A DNA stretch of 32,000 nucleotides from assembly GCA_050123415.1 (NCBI GenBank), contig JASFHE010000003.1, positions 7,794 through 39,793 on the forward strand, read 5' to 3'. Below, piece by piece: positions 26,589 through 32,000 of the stretch. The stretch's first letter is position 1. Each line of letters begins with the position of its first letter. The notes beneath the pieces are model-generated. The model saw only the letters and a list, made by a program, of their open reading frames with translations, made no database searches and was not told the DNA's origin. The position numbers were made by a program, and so were the translations under genes. The DNA is from Desulfobacteraceae bacterium (GTDB taxonomy: Bacteria; Desulfobacterota; DSM-4660; Desulfatiglandales; HGW-15).

Positions 26589-27328
26589 AGCATACCGCGT
26601 GTAATCATGAGATATTCTTTATCAATGACCTTGATGATTTCATCGAGCTGATCATCGATTGTGGCATTTACCCTGCCAAATCCCGTTTCAAGCATGCATC
26701 CGCCCTTTCCGACCGTGGGATCTTCCGTCAGTTGGAAATTGCCTCCCTTTGTCAACCTGGCCAGGTCGGGGAGCATCTTTTTCACCTCTTCCATGTCTTC
26801 GGGATTTATGATTATGCGGACCTTTCTCTTATCAGTTAAAAACTTTGCCGCGGATCTGATGCTGTGTCTTATTACGGCCTCACCTGTCTTTATCTCTTCA
26901 CCGATAACTTTTTTTACAATCAGTTCAACAAGACTGAGCATTTCTCCTTCGGAGTCACGGAATATCTGTACCTTGAGGTCCCTTAATTCGGCCATCAGTG
27001 CTTCATACTGTTTTCCCATCTCCGCCATCTTGGATTTTTCCAGATCAAGACCGTCTTTCTGGCCCTGGGCAAAGCCTTTTTCATATGCCTCCCTTTCAAG
27101 CCTGGCTATCTTTGTCTTGAAATCTTCCTCCGTGGTGGGGTCTTCCCTTTCGATGGCCGGGAAGTTCCATGATCTAACGGAGTCATCGGTTTTGGCTATT
27201 GAGCCGGAAGGGGCCTGACTGCCCTCAGGGGGCGTTTCATCTGCCTGAAACGACTCAACATTGTACAGCGGGGAGTAATCATCTTTTAAATGACTAGACA
27301 AGGACGTCTTCTCCTCCCTTGCTGCCAA
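26585..27328 (-). CDS. fliH: Flagellar assembly protein FliH
   Basis: 247 aa; YEKGFAQGQKDGLDL; LVELIVKKVIGEEIKTGEAVIRHSIRSA...GCMLETGFGRVNATIDDQLDEIIK; between fliG and fliI. Confidence 0.92.
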   Translation of the reverse strand: MAAREEKTSLSSHLKDDYSPLYNVESFQADETPPEGSQAPSGSIAKTDDSVRSWNFPAIEREDPTTEEDFKTKIARLEREAYEKGFAQGQKDGLDLEKSKMAEMGKQYEALMAELRDLKVQIFRDSEGEMLSLVELIVKKVIGEEIKTGEAVIRHSIRSAAKFLTDKRKVRIIINPEDMEEVKKMLPDLARLTKGGNFQLTEDPTVGKGGCMLETGFGRVNATIDDQLDEIIKVIDKEYLMITRGML

Positions 27329-28301
27329 GCACTATTTTCCCTTCTTCTTCAAGTCTTCTGGCTGCCTTGACTATATTGAGCTGGGCCTGTTCAACATCCT
27401 TGAGTTTAACCGGGCCCATTACTTCCATATCTTCCTTCATCATTTCAGCGGCGCGCTGGCTGATGTTGCTGAATATTTTTTCAGCCAGTTCTTCGGAACT
27501 TGTCTTAAGGGCCAGTATCAGTTCATCATTGCTGACTTCCTTAAGCAGCGCCCTGATTGAGCGGTCGTCAAGGGTGACAAGATCCGCGAATACGAACATT
27601 TTCTGTCTTATTTCATCTGCCAGTTCTTCTCTTACCGTTTCTATTTTGTCAAATATATTGTTTTCAGTCTGGTTATCCAGGTTGTTTAATATTTCTGCTG
27701 CCGCTTCAATACCTCCCTGGTTGGATTGTGTTTCGTTACCCATATCTGACAGCATTTCTTCCACAACATCATGCACCTCATCCACTATATCGGAAGGTAC
27801 ATCATCAAGGTCTGCTATCCGTATAATTACTTCTCCCTGGAGATGTTCAGGAAGGAATTTGATGATTTCCGCTGCTGTCTGGTATTTCATGTTTACCAGT
27901 ATAAGCGCGATAGTCTGGGGATGTTCTGTCATTAGCATATTGGCCAGGATTGTCGGATTGTAAGTGCTTAGTTTTTCAAATGATTTTTCCTGTCCTTTTG
28001 AAAGCAGGTCGCCAAGGAGTTCATCAGCCTTTTTTATATCAAATGCCTTTGGCATTGTTTTCTGAAGAAAATCCTTGCCGGAAAGACCCAGGCTTCCGTC
28101 TCCCATCTCCTTTGAAAATTCATCCATCACCAGTGATACGGTTCTTGAATCAACCTTTTTGATTGTTGCCATCTCCTCGCCGAGCAGTTTTACCTCCCTG
28201 TCATCAAGGTGGCGGAATACTTCGGCCGTAAAGTTTTCACCCATTACCATAAGGAATATGGCAGCCTTTTTTTTGCCTTCTAAAAAAGAGATGCTTTCCA
28301 A
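27294..28301 (-). CDS. fliG: Flagellar motor switch protein FliG
   Basis: 335 aa; KKKAAIFLMVMGENFTAEVFRHL; MLMTEHPQTIALILVNMKYQTAAEIIKFLP; FVFADLVTLDDRSIRALLKEV. Confidence 0.97.
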   Translation of the reverse strand: MESISFLEGKKKAAIFLMVMGENFTAEVFRHLDDREVKLLGEEMATIKKVDSRTVSLVMDEFSKEMGDGSLGLSGKDFLQKTMPKAFDIKKADELLGDLLSKGQEKSFEKLSTYNPTILANMLMTEHPQTIALILVNMKYQTAAEIIKFLPEHLQGEVIIRIADLDDVPSDIVDEVHDVVEEMLSDMGNETQSNQGGIEAAAEILNNLDNQTENNIFDKIETVREELADEIRQKMFVFADLVTLDDRSIRALLKEVSNDELILALKTSSEELAEKIFSNISQRAAEMMKEDMEVMGPVKLKDVEQAQLNIVKAARRLEEEGKIVLGSKGGEDVLV

Positions 28302-29894
28302 TTAACTCACCTCGTTAAGCCAGGTTTTAATAATATCTGCTGCAATATCAGGGTTCTGTTTTGTCGCCTCAAGGAGTTTGAGTTTATCATTCTGCCTTAC
28401 CTGCATGTCAGGTGTGGGTGAAGATAGTTCTTCATGCCTGCTTCCCTGTGAAAGTGCTCTTGTTGATACATACTCACTCGTTTGATTCAGCCATTTTTTA
28501 AAGGGTTTGATTGCGATAAGAAAAAACAGGGCTATCATTAAAATATTCAGGATCGGCTTGCTTCCTTTTTTAAGATAACCCATCCAGCCATCAGAGCCTG
28601 ATCCCGCCGGCATATCTTCAAGACTGTCTTTATCCATGCTGAATGGAACATCATTGGATACCGTCACCTGGTCTCCACGCTCTGGATCAAAACCAATGGC
28701 ATTTTTTACTATGTCCTCAAAGGTCTTTTTCTCTTTTCTGCTGTATCCCTTAAATACCTTTGTTAGATTTCCTTCATCATTTGTGGCGGTTTCATATGGA
28801 CCGTCTATGATTACCGAGGCTGAAAGACGCTGTATCTGACCTGATTCATTAATGGTCTGGCGGTTCAGCCTGTTTATTCTGTAATTAATTGTTGAACTTT
28901 CTTTTTCATAAAGGTTGGATGCCGTTCCTGACAGCTCGGAACCTGTCTGAACTCCCTGATTTAACAGGTCCGGGGAACCCTGAGCTATTTTGTTGCCGTC
29001 GCTTGAGCTTTCCTTCTGTCTCTGTTCACTGTATATTACCTGACTGTCAGGATCATATTTTTCTTCGGTTTCATTGGTTCTTTCGTAATCGACATCAACC
29101 GATACCTTTGCAACAACCTTGTTCATGCCTACAACAGGTTCCAGCATGCTGATAATCTGTTTTTCATAGGTCTCTTCAAGCCTGCGCTGATATTCGAACT
29201 GATCATTACTGATATTCCCTAATCCGTTCTTGTCATCCCCTTTTGTCAGGATGCCGCCTTCCATGTCCACGACAGATACTTTTTCCGGCCTCAGACCTTC
29301 AACCGAACCCGAGACAAGATTGATTATTCCCTGTAACTGTCTTTGGGTCAGCGTACTTCCGGGATGAAGTCTTAAAACAACAGACGCGGTTGCCGGTTTT
29401 TCCTCTTCCGCGAATAGTGAATCTCCGGCAGCAACAATATGAACCCTGGCATTGTCTACAGTGTCAAAACCCTTGATTGTTCTTGCAAGTTCGCCCTGCA
29501 GCGCCTGCTGATACCTGAGTTTTAACTCAAATTCAGTTGTCCCGAACGACATATTGTCAAATATCTCAAAACCTACACTGCCGCCTTTTGGCAGTATACC
29601 TTCGGCAGCCATATCCAGGCGAAGCTGGTGGACCATGTCATCAGGCACCAGAATAGTGCCTTCACCGTCCTTAAACTGATATTTTACCCCGTTTTCCTGT
29701 AATTTTTCTGTGATTTTTGAGGCCTCGACCGAATCCAGGTCTGAGAACAGCACCATATAGTTTGGCCTGTTCGTGTACGTAAACAGGGCAATAAAGCCTC
29801 CTATAACTATAGCGAATGTTATTAAAAAGGAAATTCGTTTCCCGGCTGGTATTGCCTTGAAGACTTCGATTATATTCCCGATACCTTCCGCCAT
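28302..29894 (-). CDS. fliF: Flagellar MS-ring protein FliF
   Basis: 530 aa; YMVLFSDLDSVEASKITEKLQENGVKYQFKDGEGTILVPDDMV; two TM segments; C-terminal AADIIKTWLNE. Confidence 0.97.
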   Translation of the reverse strand: MAEGIGNIIEVFKAIPAGKRISFLITFAIVIGGFIALFTYTNRPNYMVLFSDLDSVEASKITEKLQENGVKYQFKDGEGTILVPDDMVHQLRLDMAAEGILPKGGSVGFEIFDNMSFGTTEFELKLRYQQALQGELARTIKGFDTVDNARVHIVAAGDSLFAEEEKPATASVVLRLHPGSTLTQRQLQGIINLVSGSVEGLRPEKVSVVDMEGGILTKGDDKNGLGNISNDQFEYQRRLEETYEKQIISMLEPVVGMNKVVAKVSVDVDYERTNETEEKYDPDSQVIYSEQRQKESSSDGNKIAQGSPDLLNQGVQTGSELSGTASNLYEKESSTINYRINRLNRQTINESGQIQRLSASVIIDGPYETATNDEGNLTKVFKGYSRKEKKTFEDIVKNAIGFDPERGDQVTVSNDVPFSMDKDSLEDMPAGSGSDGWMGYLKKGSKPILNILMIALFFLIAIKPFKKWLNQTSEYVSTRALSQGSRHEELSSPTPDMQVRQNDKLKLLEATKQNPDIAADIIKTWLNEVS

Positions 29895-29938
29895 TTCTTC
29901 TCCTGTCTAGTCCTGATTTATTAAAAGCAGGGTATAGC

Positions 29939-30241
29939 TTAAAAATTCATTCTCATTATTTCCTGGTAGGCGTCCAGGAGTTTGTTTCTTATCTGCATTA
30001 AAAATTTCATAGATAATCCGGCTTTTTCTGCCGCTATCATTACTTCATGTATATTATTGTTTTTACCTATAGCAAAATCTTCTGTCAGCCGGTCCGACTC
30101 ATTTATTTGATTGTTTACATTGGAAACCAGCTCAGCGAGTGTGTTCTGAAACGAGCCGCCATTATTTTTTTCTGTTTTATTTATTTGTGCTGAGTTGAAA
30201 AAATTATCGTAATTTCCCTGTATTTCTCCCGGACTTCTCAT
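29939..30241 (-). CDS. fliE: Flagellar hook-basal body complex protein FliE
   Basis: 100 aa; SFQNTLAELVSNVNNQINESDRLTEDFAIGKNNNIHEVMIAAEKAGLSMKFLMQIRNKLLDAYQEIMRMNF. Confidence 0.94.
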   Translation of the reverse strand: MRSPGEIQGNYDNFFNSAQINKTEKNNGGSFQNTLAELVSNVNNQINESDRLTEDFAIGKNNNIHEVMIAAEKAGLSMKFLMQIRNKLLDAYQEIMRMNF

Positions 30242-30252
30242 ATGCTTCCTCC

Positions 30253-30690
30253 CTATCTGCCGATTTCTAGGGCCTTAGTGGCCATATCTTTAGCCGCCCT
30301 AATTGCCGAGGCATTGGCTTCATATGACCTGTTGGCATTGAGCATCTGGACCATCTCCTCAACCAGGTTCACATTCGGGAGATACAGGTAGCCGTCCTGG
30401 TCAGCATCCGGATGTGTAGGATCAAATATTTTTTTTAGGTCCCCGGGCACAGGGGCTATCTTTATGACCTCTACACCGTAAATATCATTATCCACCGAAT
30501 TCTTTAATTGCTCTTCAAATGATTTTTTCATCGGGACGGTCCGGAAAATGCTTGTTTTTCTTCTATAGGGTGTACCGTCTTCGGTCTTTGTAGTGTTTGA
30601 GTTTGCAAGGTTCATGGATATAACATTTAACCTTGTTCTCTGGGCAGTCATTCCGCTTGCGGCAATATCCATACATTTTAACAGATCCAT
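30253..30690 (-). CDS. flgC: Flagellar basal-body rod protein FlgC
   Basis: 145 aa; MDIAASGMTAQRTRLNVISMNLANSNTTKTEDGTPYRRKT; VNLVEEMVQMLNANRSYEANASAIRAAKDMATKALEI. Confidence 0.96.
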   Translation of the reverse strand: MDLLKCMDIAASGMTAQRTRLNVISMNLANSNTTKTEDGTPYRRKTSIFRTVPMKKSFEEQLKNSVDNDIYGVEVIKIAPVPGDLKKIFDPTHPDADQDGYLYLPNVNLVEEMVQMLNANRSYEANASAIRAAKDMATKALEIGR

Positions 30691-30693
30691 TCT

Positions 30694-31113
30694 TTACCTC
30701 CTTGAATCAATAACTGCCTTCAAGAGTTCAAACTTCTTTGAAAGTAGTCTGGTTGATGCTTCATACATAAGATTATTCTGGGACATCTTTGCCATTTCCG
30801 TATCAATGTTGAGTTCATTTGGTTTTCCATACTCCCTGACCAGTTGATAGGGATTGAAACTGTTTTCCATAATGTACTCACTGCCTGAAAGGTGCCCTGG
30901 CTCGGATTTTTCCAGTTTTATGCTTTTATTATCAAAGGCTTTCTGGAGTTCCGCCTCAAAGGGTATTCCCTTCTGGATGTATCCCGGAGTCTCTGAGTTG
31001 GCGACATTTCCTGCAATTACACTTTGCCTCACGGCCCGAAAATCAAGCACCTTTGAGAGGAGCCTTGATGTTCTGTCCATAAACATATTTTTACCGGTAA
31101 TTAATTTTTCCAT
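30694..31113 (-). CDS. flgB: Flagellar basal-body rod protein FlgB
   Basis: 139 aa; SKVLDFRAVRQSVIAGNVANSETPGYIQKGIPFEAELQKA; DTEMAKMSQNNLMYEASTRLLSKKFELLKAVI. Confidence 0.95.
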   Translation of the reverse strand: MEKLITGKNMFMDRTSRLLSKVLDFRAVRQSVIAGNVANSETPGYIQKGIPFEAELQKAFDNKSIKLEKSEPGHLSGSEYIMENSFNPYQLVREYGKPNELNIDTEMAKMSQNNLMYEASTRLLSKKFELLKAVIDSRR

Positions 31114-31143
31114 GACACCTCCTTGTTTTCTATTTACCTTGCC

Positions 31144-31159
31144 TGCAAAAGAGATACCA
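31144..31159 (-). promoter_or_regulatory. Putative sigma-54 promoter for flgB-flgC-fliE...
   Basis: Minus strand TGGTATCTCTTTTGCA: GG-N10-GC spacing and a perfect TTGCA -12, weaker -24 (TGGTAT); about 31 bp upstream of the flgB ATG. Confidence 0.55.
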
Positions 31160-31222
31160 ATCGGGATTACCTGTTTTTGCTCTTTGAAATTATAAAAACA
31201 GGGCTGTTATTTTATAAAAATA

Positions 31223-31243
31223 CTACAGGTGATTAACCTGTAG
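31223..31243. promoter_or_regulatory. Perfect operator-like palindrome upstream of flgB
   Basis: CTACAGGT-GATTA-ACCTGTAG, 8-bp perfect arms with a 5-nt spacer, about 65-100 bp upstream of the putative promoter. Confidence 0.4.
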
Positions 31244-31510
31244 GTTTTCTGCAACTAATTGTTTTTCTGATGAATTTTAAATAAAATGACATTTACGGGT
31301 ATCTTTGTTTTTGAATAGTGTTAAACAGGGCAGACAGGTTGAATGTTAAAGTGACAAAATTCACACCGCTTTTTTGTCAGAAATCAGTAAAAAATGTGTC
31401 GAAATATTGACGTTTTGATGGAATTGTTGGATTTACCGAGAATGAACGTTGGAATATGTCAATATTTTAACGTGGTCATCCAGGAAGAGGCAATTTCTGG
31501 ATGAAGCTTT

Positions 31511-31590
31511 CAGCGGTCAGCGGTCAGCGTTCAGCTAAGTCTTTGATTTTAATGCTTTAAGCTGACAGCTGAATGCTGATAGCTGATAGC
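31511..31590. repeat. Intergenic CAGC(G)GTCAG / AGCTGATAGC direct-and-inverted short repeat element
   Basis: cagcggtcagcggtcagcgttcagct (31511-31536) opposes agctgacagctgaatgctgatagctgatagc (31560-31590); reverse complement of the right arm is GCTATCAGCTATCAGCATTCAGCTGTCAGCT. Confidence 0.75.
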
Positions 31591-31628
31591 GTTCATCAAA
31601 AACGAACGTTTTGGATGGGCAAATCAAG

Positions 31629-32000
31629 TCAGGGAAGGTCATTTTCGTATTCGTGAAGCTTATTCCTGAGAGTACGAACGCTTATACCGAGTATTTTAGC
31701 AGCATGTGTACGATTACCCTTATGATCATCCAGGGCCTTCATGATCATCTTTTTTTCCATATCTTTCAATGGAATAAGGGACTGATCAAATCCCGCCTCG
31801 GGGGGCGACTGGTCTCCAGGACCGAAAATCATTTCCAGGTCTGAAGCGGAAATATTTTCCGAGTCAACCAGAAGAGTAGATCTTTCGATAAGGTTTTCAA
31901 ATTCCCTGATATTGCCTGGCCAGTCTTTGCTTTTTAGATATGAGACTGCATCAGGTGCAAGAGTTTTTAACGGAACATTATTAAGACTGCAATGTTTTTC
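31629..32000 (-). CDS. Sigma-54-dependent transcriptional regulator, C-terminal part (FlrC/FleR/AtoC-like), truncated by window edge
   Basis: Frame continues upstream of the tracked ORF to the window edge: EKHCSLNNVPLKTLAPDAVSYLKSKDWPGNIREFENLIERSTLLVDSENISASDLEMIFGPGDQSPP...MEKKMIMKALDDHKGNRTHAAKILGISVRTLRNKLHEYEND. WPGNIREFEN and a Fis-type HTH are diagnostic. Confidence 0.93.
   Translation of the reverse strand, partial: EKHCSLNNVPLKTLAPDAVSYLKSKDWPGNIREFENLIERSTLLVDSENISASDLEMIFGPGDQSPPEAGFDQSLIPLKDMEKKMIMKALDDHKGNRTHAAKILGISVRTLRNKLHEYENDLP

Noticed and set aside
25603-26604. 333-aa plus-strand ORF antisense to fliI
   Set aside because: Overlaps the confidently assigned fliI entirely; low-complexity Ser/Pro/Ile composition typical of a shadow ORF on the opposite strand; no recognisable motif.
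26661-27218. 185-aa plus-strand ORF antisense to fliH
   Set aside because: Shadow ORF over fliH; Ser/Phe-rich with no domain.
27319-27963. 214-aa Ser-rich plus-strand ORF antisense to fliG
   Set aside because: Shadow ORF of fliG; serine-rich sequence reflects reverse-complemented coding bias.
1-32000. CRISPR arrays, tRNA/rRNA genes, transposases, toxin-antitoxin or defence islands
   Set aside because: None seen. The window is almost fully explained by a flagellar gene cluster, so no hidden novel defence or mobile system is claimed.

Overview
This window is an almost complete, mostly minus-strand flagellar/chemotaxis-motor locus. The source is probably a Desulfobacterota/deltaproteobacterial-type bacterium (taxonomy inferred only). 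In transcription order (right to left) it contains: the C-terminal part of a sigma-54-dependent Fis-type regulator; flgB-flgC-fliE-fliF-fliG-fliH-fliI-fliJ-motE-like; fliK-flgD-flgE; motA-fliL-fliM-fliN-fliO-fliP-fliQ-fliR-flhB-flhA-flhF-flhG-fliA, followed by five small or less conserved genes (FliL-like acidic membrane protein, short charged protein, DUF2802-like, second FliK-like, solo FlhB C-domain-like); and flgF-flgG-flgA-flgH-flgI (flgI runs off the left edge). A single small lipoprotein gene lies on the plus strand. I see no CRISPR, defence system, transposon or convincing novel system. The observations most worth a second look are: three sigma-54 (-24/-12) promoter candidates that cut the cluster into transcription units, with recurring imperfect palindromes upstream (GTGTCRAAATATTGRC, found before both flgB and motA); an unexplained strong inverted repeat between flgE and motA; motA without a motB beside it; an uncharacterised gene block after fliA; a plus-strand lipoprotein convergent with the main operon; and degenerate repeats in the N-terminal region of FliK.
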